A stretch of DNA of 64,000 nucleotides. Source: a virus (lineage: Duplodnaviria; Caudoviricetes). The stretch covers positions 142 through 64,141 of IMG/VR virus record IMGVR_UViG_3300010403_000004; one strand, written 5' to 3'. A program made the position numbers and the translations under genes. Below are positions 55,309 to 64,000 of the stretch, one piece after another. The notes below the pieces were generated by a model. That model worked only from the letters and a program-made list of their open reading frames with translations, was not told where the DNA came from and searched no databases. The stretch's first letter is position 1; each line of letters begins with the position of its first letter.

Positions 55309-55409
55309 AATGGGGAGAACACGATAGCGGCCTGGTCCACATCGGCAAGAAGAAGGCAGGTCGGTTACTTGACGGGCGGGAGTGGAACGAATTCCCGAGG
55401 GTAGCCTGA
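55305..55409 (+). pseudogene. displaced duplicate C-terminus of the DUF5131 gene
   Basis: MKWGEHDSGLVHIGKKKAGRLLDGREWNEFP vs QFGEHNSELIHVGKKAAGRLLDGREWNQFP. Confidence 0.8.
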
Positions 55410-55801
55410 TGGCCGGCACTCGCATGGGGTACCTCACCCGAGTCATCCGCTACGGGCCGCAGAAGCAGCCGGCGCCGCGTGTCGCCGTGCTGGTCCACGG
55501 AACCACCAACGGGTACACCACGCACGCCTGCCGGTGCGAGGGATGCCGCAAGGCCCACGCGGATGCGATGCGGGCGTATCGCCACAGGCCGAAGACGTGG
55601 CCGGATTGGGCGCACGGTCGAAACGGGACCTACCTCAACGGTTGCCGCTGCGCGAAGTGCAGGAAGGCGCACACGGCGTACCGGCGACGATGGGCGGCAA
55701 CGCGGCGCCAGCCCGGGGAGTCGCCGCTTGATCGGCGGAGAGTTGAGCGGCTGGAGTATTTCCGCAAGCGACACCAGGAGAAGAAAGGAAAGGCAGCATG
55801 A
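55409..55801 (+). CDS. protein with two HG..Y..CRC..C repeats
   Basis: HGTTNGYTTHACRCEGC and HGRNGTYLNGCRCAKC. Confidence 0.7.
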   Translation: MAGTRMGYLTRVIRYGPQKQPAPRVAVLVHGTTNGYTTHACRCEGCRKAHADAMRAYRHRPKTWPDWAHGRNGTYLNGCRCAKCRKAHTAYRRRWAATRRQPGESPLDRRRVERLEYFRKRHQEKKGKAA

Positions 55802-56079
55802 AAGACGCAGATAGGTACCGTATTCAGGCGCACGCAATGCAGTCCGGCGTGGCGGCAAAGATGAACATCGACCCGTCCGATACATCGCCTAAGCATTTGC
55901 GGGTTGGCATCAATTCAGCCATGAGCGATGTGGGCGGATTGGCTGGACTGCTGATCAAGAAGGGCGTATTCACCATGGAAGAGTACACCGAGGCAATCGC
56001 GGACTCCATGGAACGTGAGGCTGATTCCTATCGGCAATACCTCAGCGATCATTTTGGCAGAAAGGTTGATCTGGCATGA
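55798..56079 (+). CDS. hypothetical protein
   Basis: HAMQSGVA...PKHLRVGIN; coupled. Confidence 0.7.
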   Translation: MKDADRYRIQAHAMQSGVAAKMNIDPSDTSPKHLRVGINSAMSDVGGLAGLLIKKGVFTMEEYTEAIADSMEREADSYRQYLSDHFGRKVDLA

Positions 56080-56261
56080 AACCAGGACACCTACTCGTGA
56101 TCCGCGCGATAATCGCGGACCTCGAATCCACTTACGGGCAGGACCCGGCGTGGGGGCCGACCGCCGCACTGATAATTGCCGAGGAGGAGTTGCGCGTGTT
56201 CTACCAGCGGCAGGCAGCGAAAGGAAAGGCGAAGGCAACGGAGGCAGCATGCCAGTCATAG
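56076..56261 (+). CDS. hypothetical protein
   Basis: ATGA overlap. Confidence 0.5.
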   Translation: MKPGHLLVIRAIIADLESTYGQDPAWGPTAALIIAEEELRVFYQRQAAKGKAKATEAACQS

Positions 56262-56560
56262 AGACGCCTAAGGTGTGGCCCAGTTTTGTGCGAAGGAAAA
56301 GCGACGGCTTCGTTAAACCGGTGGACATCACCGGCGAGAACTCGCGCAGTTGGCTGGAGGGTCCGGCATGGCTGGAAGGCCAAAGAAGGCGGGTAGTTAA
56401 GTCCGAATACGTTCCAGCCACAACCGAAGAGTACGAGCGACAGAACTGGCGCGACCGAAACCAGTACCGCATTGGGCAACTGGTCGCCAATCGTCAACCG
56501 CCCGAAGTGCTGCGAAAGATAGCAGAACTGATCGGATATCAGGAGGAAGAGAAGCCGTGA
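56249..56560 (+). CDS. hypothetical protein
   Basis: GGAGG RBS; MPVIETPKVW. Confidence 0.55.
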   Translation: MPVIETPKVWPSFVRRKSDGFVKPVDITGENSRSWLEGPAWLEGQRRRVVKSEYVPATTEEYERQNWRDRNQYRIGQLVANRQPPEVLRKIAELIGYQEEEKP

Positions 56561-57489
56561 CAAACACAGAGCACATGGACCGGATTAAGGCCACGGTCAG
56601 CAACAATTGCGATATGCGGCCATCCGATGAGGAAGCGATTCTGGAATCCCTCGCCGCCCTTCGGGCCTGTATCGCAGAGATGGAGCGCGTGCTGGTAACT
56701 CGCGGCATCGCGGCGTGCATGAGATTGAACGCCAAACAGGCCGAGCGCATCGCCGCGCTCGAAGCGGCCCTCCGGGAGATTCAGGAGCAGCGCGGCTGCG
56801 ACACCGACGACGGGCAGTGTCCAGCTTATGCTCGTTGCACGTACTGCATTGCCGCCGCCGCCCTCACTCCGCAACCGGCCACCGTCGCCCCGTCCGAATG
56901 CGAATGCGCTGGAGATCCTGACCTCGACGCGCTCTACCGCGAGGGCGAAACCGTTGCAAAATCTGCAACATTTCAACCTCTCGAAGATCGCGTAGCTGAA
57001 TGGGTGCGCACCAGGATTGGCGCTGACCACATGAACAGCCGCGAGCGATCAATGCGCCTACTCGAAGAGGCAGTAGAACTTGCCCAGGCCGAGGGGATCA
57101 GTTGGGGTCTGGCCGCTAAACAGGTTGCGCACGTCTACGATCGTGAACCCGGCGAGCCATCGCAGGAAGCTGCTGGCGTGGCGATTTGTCTACTCGGATG
57201 GTGCGCATCCACCAGCCATACGTTCGAGGATCTTGCTACAAAGGAACTCGCACGCATCGAAGCCAAGCCGCTGGACCAGATACGCGGAAGTCTTGCACGC
57301 AAGGCCGATGCCGATCTGGTCACGATGCCGACTCCTGGACCTGCCGCGCCACGCCAATCGCCACGCTACTGCGAACCATGCGGCAGGCCCGCAACTAAGT
57401 TCGACGCCAACGGTACGGCGCTGTGCGACTCCTGCCACGCGGATATCGAGAGACAGCGGAAGACGCTGGCAGAGAAAGGCGGCAAGTGA
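56557..57489 (+). CDS. hypothetical protein with MazG-like domain
   Basis: ERSMRLLEEAVELAQAEG...QEAAGV. Confidence 0.55.
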   Translation: MTNTEHMDRIKATVSNNCDMRPSDEEAILESLAALRACIAEMERVLVTRGIAACMRLNAKQAERIAALEAALREIQEQRGCDTDDGQCPAYARCTYCIAAAALTPQPATVAPSECECAGDPDLDALYREGETVAKSATFQPLEDRVAEWVRTRIGADHMNSRERSMRLLEEAVELAQAEGISWGLAAKQVAHVYDREPGEPSQEAAGVAICLLGWCASTSHTFEDLATKELARIEAKPLDQIRGSLARKADADLVTMPTPGPAAPRQSPRYCEPCGRPATKFDANGTALCDSCHADIERQRKTLAEKGGK

Positions 57490-57788
57490 TGGCCAAAATA
57501 GTCGTGCGCCAATTGGAATGGAACAACGATGGCTACGTGTTCTACGCCCTGGGCCATCTTCCGCCCTCTGATTTTCTCCAGTCGGCCATGCCAATCATGC
57601 GGGCCGAAATCGGCGAAACGTTGGACGATTGCGCCCCGACCGCCGAAGACGTACGACACGTCTGGTATCGCCACGCATCCCCCTACGAATGCAAGACGCA
57701 TGGATGGGACAGCGGGTACTTCGAAACCGAGGCTCCCATCAAAACCGGCAGAGGCCAACCGTTCAAAGTAACGAGCGTGGAATTATGA
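57489..57788 (+). CDS. hypothetical protein
   Basis: TGATG coupling. Confidence 0.55.
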   Translation: MAKIVVRQLEWNNDGYVFYALGHLPPSDFLQSAMPIMRAEIGETLDDCAPTAEDVRHVWYRHASPYECKTHGWDSGYFETEAPIKTGRGQPFKVTSVEL

Positions 57789-58138
57789 CACCGAACCTGA
57801 GTGACGCTGAGGTGATCTGTAAGTTCATGGAACCGCGACCGCTGGCCACTATAGAGTCCTTAGTAAATTACCCCGGTACGTGGTGGCACGTCGATATGGA
57901 CGCCGCGTTAGCCGGAGAAAAGCGATGGAAGCCTCGCACCCTCACCCTCAACGAATGCCACGAAGTCGAAGCGCGGCTGAACGATGAGCAGTGGACGAGG
58001 TATTCGCGCGTTGTGATGGACGATGCTAGACGCGCTGGCTTGGACCTGAAGTCCTCGCACGCTCAAATCTGGCTCCACGCCACAGCCGAGCAGAAAACCC
58101 GCGCGCTTTCGGCTGCACTGAGGGAACCATGCCGGTGA
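57785..58138 (+). CDS. hypothetical protein
   Basis: LNECHEVEARL...HATAEQK. Confidence 0.55.
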   Translation: MTPNLSDAEVICKFMEPRPLATIESLVNYPGTWWHVDMDAALAGEKRWKPRTLTLNECHEVEARLNDEQWTRYSRVVMDDARRAGLDLKSSHAQIWLHATAEQKTRALSAALREPCR

Positions 58139-58347
58139 ACATGCTTCCCCAACCGGACGCCCACGCCGGCAGAATGGCTGAGCTTGACGCCCTGTTGGCC
58201 CGTGTGCGAGCGCGGGTGGCCAAGAGGACATCTTGTGCCATCTGCTCCGCGCCGCTCGTAGGAAAGCAGAAGTCATGCTGTGGAGCCCGCCGATGCCAAA
58301 AAGAGGCGATGCGGCGGCGCACGGCGGCACTCAGGGAGCAGGGATGA
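58129..58347 (+). CDS. small zinc-finger protein
   Basis: CAIC...CCGARRC. Confidence 0.5.
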   Translation: MPVNMLPQPDAHAGRMAELDALLARVRARVAKRTSCAICSAPLVGKQKSCCGARRCQKEAMRRRTAALREQG

Positions 58348-59480
58348 GCGCAATGCCCTGTGAAATGAAGGCGGTAACCCACTCTGTGCGCGTCCCCCGG
58401 AAGCCTTTGGTGATTGAACTATTCGCGGGTCGATTTGGCTGGGGCCGCGGTTTCGTGGCCGCCGGATACCGATCAGTGGGATTTGACATCGTGCATGAGC
58501 CCTACCACGGTGCCGTGCCGGAAGGGTGCCAGTTGGTATTGCGGGACGTTCTCACGATCCACGGCTCTGAACTCAAAGACGCCGCCGTGATAGTTGCGAG
58601 CCCGCCATGCACCGAATATTCGTACATGGCAATGCCTTGGAAGCGGGGGAAGCAGATCGCGGCGGCGTTACGCGGGGAGCGCCGGGAGCGGACAAGTGCA
58701 GATGTGCTGCGCGGGGTTCCGGGCGAACCCATTCCATTTCCCGAGGGGTACACTGGATCGCGGACGGTCGCGGAGCTGACGGCGCTGTTTGACGCGTGCT
58801 TTCGATTGCAGCGTGAAGCGTCGGAAGCCGCGGGCCGTCGCATTCCAATGGTCGTTGAGAACGTGAAGGGCGCTCAACCGTGGGTAGGAAAAGCAAAGGC
58901 GCACTTCGGGTCTTTCTACCTGTGGGGCGACGTGAAATCAGTTGGGGGACGGATCACGATAGGCGGCAAGTTCGGATGCACGCTGAAGCCAGCGGGCCGG
59001 TCGCAGAAGTTTAACCCGGATGGGACGGCGCACGGCCAAGGGTCATGGTTCAAGATCGCGGATTCAGCGAATCGCGGAGCTCAGACCAAGAACGGTGGCG
59101 GGTCCTGGTTCAACGTGGCGCACAATACCGAAAGCGGGGTAGGGCAGAATCCAGTGAACGGGGTGAAGGCCGAGGGTATCAACTGGAGCGGGCACGGCAC
59201 GCCGGGATACAAGCCACAAGGGTTCAATGTGACGGCAGCGCAACGGTACCGCGAGGAGCGCGGCGTCAAGCAAGAAGGCAGCGGGCCGGAATGGTTCGAC
59301 AAGGGAATATGCAAGCACTCATCCCGGAGTGACAGCCGTAAAGCAGCCTCGGCCATGATAGCGGAGATCCCTCTTGATTTGGCGCGTTGGATCGCTGAAT
59401 CGTTCAAGCCCGATGCCGATTTGCTGAAGCGCGGGGAAGACGCCACGGGCGCGAAGGCTTACCAGAAAGGAACCCGATGA
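58344..59480 (+). CDS. DNA cytosine-C5 methyltransferase-like protein
   Basis: ELFAG..GWG (motif I), ASPPC (IV), VVENV (VI). Confidence 0.75.
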   Translation: MSAMPCEMKAVTHSVRVPRKPLVIELFAGRFGWGRGFVAAGYRSVGFDIVHEPYHGAVPEGCQLVLRDVLTIHGSELKDAAVIVASPPCTEYSYMAMPWKRGKQIAAALRGERRERTSADVLRGVPGEPIPFPEGYTGSRTVAELTALFDACFRLQREASEAAGRRIPMVVENVKGAQPWVGKAKAHFGSFYLWGDVKSVGGRITIGGKFGCTLKPAGRSQKFNPDGTAHGQGSWFKIADSANRGAQTKNGGGSWFNVAHNTESGVGQNPVNGVKAEGINWSGHGTPGYKPQGFNVTAAQRYREERGVKQEGSGPEWFDKGICKHSSRSDSRKAASAMIAEIPLDLARWIAESFKPDADLLKRGEDATGAKAYQKGTR

Positions 59481-59746
59481 AACTCAAACCAGAACAGCGC
59501 GTAGACTTGCCGACCGCCCGCACCCGTGCGTTGAAGTATCTCGCAGAGTGCCACCGCACGGAGTTGGCCGCCGCGAACTGCATCGCCCTTGTGATTTGGC
59601 CGGATCACCAAATGACCTCGCAAGGGGCTGGTGCCGCCGCTTCACGCGTGCTCAAAACGTTGGCTAAAGACGGCCTGGTGGAGTGGACCAGCAACGATTA
59701 CAACTGGGGGTGGCGGAGCACGCCCAAGGGACGGGCGCAGGCGTGA
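59477..59746 (+). CDS. winged-helix-like hypothetical protein
   Basis: ASRVLKTLAKDGLV...TPKGR. Confidence 0.5.
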   Translation: MKLKPEQRVDLPTARTRALKYLAECHRTELAAANCIALVIWPDHQMTSQGAGAAASRVLKTLAKDGLVEWTSNDYNWGWRSTPKGRAQA

Positions 59747-60135
59747 GCACCCGCATATTCCGCGGCCAGGTCCAAGCCGGCCGTTTCGTCCTGGAGGATC
59801 GCGCCGCCTTCGCGACACTCAAGGCCAGCTTGGAGGGGAAGCCGATCGAGTTGACGCTCCGGCGCTTGCGAATGACGCGCAGCGGACGCCAGAATCGATA
59901 TCTTCACGGTGTGGTCTTCGCAATGATTGCGGAGGCCGCGGGCTATACCCTGGAAGAGGCAAAGGACGCCCTGAAGTGGGAGTTCCTACGGGTACACAGT
60001 GACACCGCGCTGCCAACGGTTCGCGGAACGTCCACGCTCGACACGGCGGAAATGACCGAATTTATCGAGCAGTGCCGCATCCTTGCAGCCTCGATGTACG
60101 GCATAAATATACCTGATCCTAATGAAGTGGAATGA
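59743..60135 (+). CDS. NinB-like protein
   Basis: RSGRQNRYLHGV...TSTLDTAEMTEFIE...IPDP. Confidence 0.7.
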   Translation: MSTRIFRGQVQAGRFVLEDRAAFATLKASLEGKPIELTLRRLRMTRSGRQNRYLHGVVFAMIAEAAGYTLEEAKDALKWEFLRVHSDTALPTVRGTSTLDTAEMTEFIEQCRILAASMYGINIPDPNEVE

Positions 60136-60224
60136 CCAACGTGCATGGTATTATGATGTTCGAGCCGCAAGGATGCGTCAACATCCCGGTGGCTCTAACC
60201 TTACGCACTGAGGAGACAGCACGC

Positions 60225-61766
60225 ATGGCTGAAAACGATTCTACCATTGATCTTGAACGTTGTGACGCAGAAATAGCGCAAGCGGAAAAAGCGCTTCGCG
60301 CTGGCCATCCGCATGAGCATGAGCTATTGATTTGGAATAGCGACTGGCACCAGGAGAAGCGAATGATCCAGCGCGAGGCGGTTAGTCGGTTCTTAGCGAG
60401 CAAGGCTCAGGATGGAACCTTCACCGGTTTCGATCCGGTGTGGATGCCGTCGTTCCCGTTCGACTTCCAGCAATATCTGATCGACTACCACACGCGCAAG
60501 GGAAAGTCGTTCCTGGGAGGCGATTGCGGTCTTGGCAAGACCATAATTCAACTCGTATTCGGAGAGAACGTAGTCCGCAAAATGAATAGGCCGGTGTTGA
60601 TTGTGACGCCGCTTGCCGTGGCGCAACAGACCGTACGCGAGGCTGAGAAGTTCGGCATCGAAGCCCATCGCTCGCGAGAGGGCAAAGTGTTCAGTGGGAT
60701 CAACGTCACCAACTACGAGCGGCTGCACTACTTCAACCCAGCAGACTTCGCGGGGGTGGTGTGCGACGAATCCAGCGCGATCAAGAGCTTCAACGGAAAG
60801 CGCCGCGCAGTGGTGACGGAGTTTCTTCGCACGGTCCCATATCGCCTGTTGGCCACGGCAACTCCGGCACCCAACGACTACATCGAATTGGGCACGACCG
60901 CTGAGGCCCTGGGCGTCATGGGTCAGATCGAAATGTTGAATCGGTTTTTCAAGAACGATCAGAACACGTCCGACACCAAGAGCCGATGGACTGGATACGC
61001 CGCACCGCGAGAGTTGGACACTCCGGGATGGAGATTCAAGGGACACGCGGAAATCCCGTTCTTTCGGTGGGTATGCTCTTGGGCTCGCGGTGGCCGCCGA
61101 CCTTCCGATTTTGGGCCATTCTCCGATGAGAAATTCGTGCTTCCGAAACTGATAGAGCGAGAGCACATAGTGGAAACGCGCACGATGGCCGAGGGATTCC
61201 TGTTTCCAACGGTCGCCACCAACATGCAAGAGGAGCGCGAAGAGAGCCGCCGCACGATGCAAGAGCGCTGCGAAATGGCTGCTGAGTTGACAGCCCACAC
61301 CGGCAAGCCGTTTGTCATGTGGTGCCAACTGAACCCCGAGGGAGATCTACTCGAAAAGCTGATGCCCGACGCGATACAGGTGGCCGGGGCGGACAGCGAC
61401 GAAGCGAAAGAGGAAGCGTACGAGGCCTTCGTTTCCGGGCAGTCGCGCGGGCTCATCACGAAGCAGAAAATCGGAGGGTGGGGATTAAACTGGCAACACT
61501 GCGCACACGTGCTGGAGTTCGCTTCCCACTCGTTCGAGCAGCACTACCAGGGCGTACGGCGGTGTTGGAGGTTCGGGCAAAAGCAGGACGTGATAAACGA
61601 TCTGATCGCGACGGAGGGCCAGCGCGGGGCTGTGGAGAATAACCGTCGCAAGTCAGTCGCGGCGGATAGAATGTTCAGCGCCTTGGTTCAGCATATGCAC
61701 GAAGCCCTACAAATCGAAGCGGGCTACAAATTCACGAAAGAGGTCGAGGTCCCGGTCTGGTTATAA
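60225..61766 (+). CDS. SNF2-like helicase
   Basis: DCGLGKT, CDESS, ATATPAPND, GLNWQ, RCWRFGQ. Confidence 0.85.
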   Translation: MAENDSTIDLERCDAEIAQAEKALRAGHPHEHELLIWNSDWHQEKRMIQREAVSRFLASKAQDGTFTGFDPVWMPSFPFDFQQYLIDYHTRKGKSFLGGDCGLGKTIIQLVFGENVVRKMNRPVLIVTPLAVAQQTVREAEKFGIEAHRSREGKVFSGINVTNYERLHYFNPADFAGVVCDESSAIKSFNGKRRAVVTEFLRTVPYRLLATATPAPNDYIELGTTAEALGVMGQIEMLNRFFKNDQNTSDTKSRWTGYAAPRELDTPGWRFKGHAEIPFFRWVCSWARGGRRPSDFGPFSDEKFVLPKLIEREHIVETRTMAEGFLFPTVATNMQEEREESRRTMQERCEMAAELTAHTGKPFVMWCQLNPEGDLLEKLMPDAIQVAGADSDEAKEEAYEAFVSGQSRGLITKQKIGGWGLNWQHCAHVLEFASHSFEQHYQGVRRCWRFGQKQDVINDLIATEGQRGAVENNRRKSVAADRMFSALVQHMHEALQIEAGYKFTKEVEVPVWL

Positions 61767-61778
61767 AGGATAAAAGGC

Positions 61779-62792
61779 ATGGCTATAATTGATCAACTCA
61801 TCACACCAAACTACGCGATCTACAATGGCGACGGGCTTGAATTTCTACCAACGCTCCCCGACCGTTCTATTGATCTGTCTGTTCATTCCCCGCCGTTCGC
61901 GACGGACTCGGGCGGTTGCCTGTATCACTACAGTAGCTCCGACCGGGACCTGTCCAACTGCCGGACGTATGCCGAGTTCTTCGAGCATTACGGCTTCTTC
62001 GCGGCGGAAATCTCGCGGGTCACCAAACCGGGCCGGATGGCCGTGGTCCACTGCATGGACGTTCCATCAGGGAACAGCGGGACGGATTACTACGTGGACT
62101 TCCCCGGCGACATCATTCGCCTATACCAGCAGCACGGTTTCAAGATGGCGTCACCACGCATCACGATATGGAAGGAGCCGCTGATGGTCCGCAACCGCAC
62201 TCTGACCAAAGCGTTGGCCCACAAGAGCATCGTGGACGATTCCTGCGATTGCGTCGTGGCTGGCGCGGACTACCTCCTGATCTTCCGGCGCGACGGCAAT
62301 AACGCGGTACCGGTGACGCACGAGCGCGGTCTGATGCGCTACTACGGGGAGCGTAAAATCCCGCACGAGTTACACCGATACCGCGGCTGGAAAGGATCGC
62401 AGATCGAGAACCGTTTCTCACATTGGATCTGGCGTCAGTACGCCTCCTGCGTCTGGGACGACATCCGCGGGAATACCGGGACCAAAGCGGAAGGAGTCCT
62501 GCAATTCAAGGACGCTCGCGAGGAAGACGACGAGAAGCACGTACACCCACTGCAACTCGACGTAATTTCCCGCTGTGTGGAACTGTGGAGCAACCCCGGT
62601 GAAAAGGTGCTGACGCCGTTCATGGGAGTGGGCAGTGAAGTCTACGCGGCGGTGCGTGCCGGCCGCAAGGGTATCGGCGTCGAGCTGAAGCCGTCCTACT
62701 ACCGGCAGGCCATCGAAAACCTCGCTACGGTACACCTGGATACCGAGGACACGGACCAGGCCGTCATGCAGTTCGAAGCGGTACCTGCATGA
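61779..62792 (+). CDS. DNA N4/N6 methyltransferase
   Basis: SPPF catalytic motif; HVHPLQLD; PFMGVGS. Confidence 0.88.
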   Translation: MAIIDQLITPNYAIYNGDGLEFLPTLPDRSIDLSVHSPPFATDSGGCLYHYSSSDRDLSNCRTYAEFFEHYGFFAAEISRVTKPGRMAVVHCMDVPSGNSGTDYYVDFPGDIIRLYQQHGFKMASPRITIWKEPLMVRNRTLTKALAHKSIVDDSCDCVVAGADYLLIFRRDGNNAVPVTHERGLMRYYGERKIPHELHRYRGWKGSQIENRFSHWIWRQYASCVWDDIRGNTGTKAEGVLQFKDAREEDDEKHVHPLQLDVISRCVELWSNPGEKVLTPFMGVGSEVYAAVRAGRKGIGVELKPSYYRQAIENLATVHLDTEDTDQAVMQFEAVPA

Positions 62793-63175
62793 TCACCAAA
62801 CGCAGAAGCAAGCCCCGGCGCCGCCCGGTTCCGGTGGATGATCCAGCGCGGCTGGAGTGGATACGCTCGCTCCCTTGCCTGGTTTGCTATCGCGAGTTGT
62901 ACCGCTGGCTTCCGATGGCGGACTTCGCGGAATTCGCCGCGCGATCTCAAGCCCGTTTCGGGGCGCAGAAGTCACGCACCGAAGCCGCGCACGTTGGCGA
63001 CCGTGGACTTGGGCAGAAGGCCCCCGACAGCGAAACCGCGCCGCTTTGCGTCGGGCACCATCGAACCGGCAAGGACTCACACCATGTTCTTGGTAAAGGG
63101 TTTTGGGCAAAACATGGGCTAGACCGCGATGCGATCTTGAAGCAGTTGCAGGAAGCGTACGAAAGCAGGGGATGA
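62789..63175 (+). CDS. DUF968-like HNH-type nuclease
   Basis: WIRSLPCLVC...EAAHV...PLCVGHH. Confidence 0.7.
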   Translation: MITKRRSKPRRRPVPVDDPARLEWIRSLPCLVCYRELYRWLPMADFAEFAARSQARFGAQKSRTEAAHVGDRGLGQKAPDSETAPLCVGHHRTGKDSHHVLGKGFWAKHGLDRDAILKQLQEAYESRG

Positions 63176-63387
63176 CAATGAACTCCCGCGACAGAGATCG
63201 AAAACTGGCAGCCATTCGCACACTTGCAGAACGCCCCGGAACGGAGGCTGAAGGCATCGCCGCCCGCGCCGCGCTGGAGCGCCTTGGGGCGACGGCTGAA
63301 GATGTGAGCGACCCGTGGGAATTGTTCCGAGAGTTCTTGCGGACTGGCGACATGGAGACGCTTTGGATGGCCACAAAGGGGCACAGC

Positions 63388-63546
63388 TTACGGGAGAATC
63401 TTGATGAGGTCCCCGCTACGCAACAAAAAGGCCAAGATGCCAGCGAAGAACATGATGCGCCCGATCTCCGACAGTTTCCCGTTCACACACAAGGCGTACA
63501 TGAGCAGGCCGACCAGGGCAAAGAGTACCGGAAGCAGGATCACCAT
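63388..63546 (-). CDS. small two-TM membrane protein
   Basis: MVILLPVLFALVGLLMYALC...; TATACT 6 nt upstream of ATG. Confidence 0.55.
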   Translation of the reverse strand: MVILLPVLFALVGLLMYALCVNGKLSEIGRIMFFAGILAFLLRSGDLIKILP

Positions 63547-63640
63547 GCCTTCAGTATATACCCCAACACCTATCGGGCGCGTCTGTGCGCGTCGGTACTT
63601 GGTATAATTCAGCATGTCCCACAAACGAAAGGAAAAGACA

Positions 63641-64000
63641 ATGAAACCTACACACACCGCTGAATCGGCGGACAACTTTCTCAGCCATCACGGAAACATC
63701 GGAAGCGGCATCGACTACTCGGGCCGCGGGCTGAAGGGTACTGCGGTCGAGATCGTGGAGCACCTGAAGACGCTCGCATTGGCGAGTCAATCCGAACCGT
63801 ACACTACGGAAGGATTCCACGCCGTAACAGGCAATCCGATTGACAATCCGAACGCCAACAGTCTGGAATGGACCAACAAGCGCCGGGACGCGCAGAAGGC
63901 CTACGAGGACGTTTTGGCAACAGGGGACGTGAAGAAAGTTCACGCCGCTGTGGACAAGCTCAATAAGATCCAAGCCATCATGGGCGGCAAAGCGGCGGTC
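63641..64000 (+). CDS. partial hypothetical protein (5' end)
   Basis: TATAAT and GAAAGGA upstream; MKPTHTAES... open to the window end. Confidence 0.6.
   Translation, partial: MKPTHTAESADNFLSHHGNIGSGIDYSGRGLKGTAVEIVEHLKTLALASQSEPYTTEGFHAVTGNPIDNPNANSLEWTNKRRDAQKAYEDVLATGDVKKVHAAVDKLNKIQAIMGGKAAV

Noticed and set aside
63103-63663. 186-aa + strand ORF
   Set aside because: Only the N-terminal part (RPGTEAEGIAARAAL) looks protein-like; the rest overlaps a better-supported - strand membrane gene, so its boundaries are unclear.
1-64000. Alternative genetic code or stop-codon recoding
   Set aside because: Core genes are full length in the standard code and all three stop codons are used.

Overview
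Most of a ~64-65% GC (by eye) tailed-phage genome, probably podovirus-type. No tape measure, integrase or endolysin is recognisable in the window. An Acidobacteria-like host is only inferred from protein style. The virion module is on the - strand (329-39541): TerS, TerL with a LAGLIDADG intein, portal, scaffold, major capsid, fibre-like proteins, tail tubular/nozzle proteins and ejection proteins. The early/replication module is on the + strand (37685-64000, and a similar run ends at 1-371): methyltransferases, Gp157/Gam-like, DUF1064, replication initiator, PAPS reductase, DUF5131, SNF2 helicase and NinB-like. Four points stand out. (1) Five fibre/collagen/beta-helix proteins carry clear Sec-type signal peptides. 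(2) Three HNH endonuclease insertions regenerate their target gene end with a recoded copy; at the portal, a 221-codon antisense ORF stops 1 nt before the new portal ATG. (3) A promoter-driven, hairpin-rich ~500-nt non-coding region is a candidate ncRNA. (4) A histidine-phosphatase-like protein with reversed motif order ends the ejection cluster. Family names come from motif recognition by eye, not database searches.
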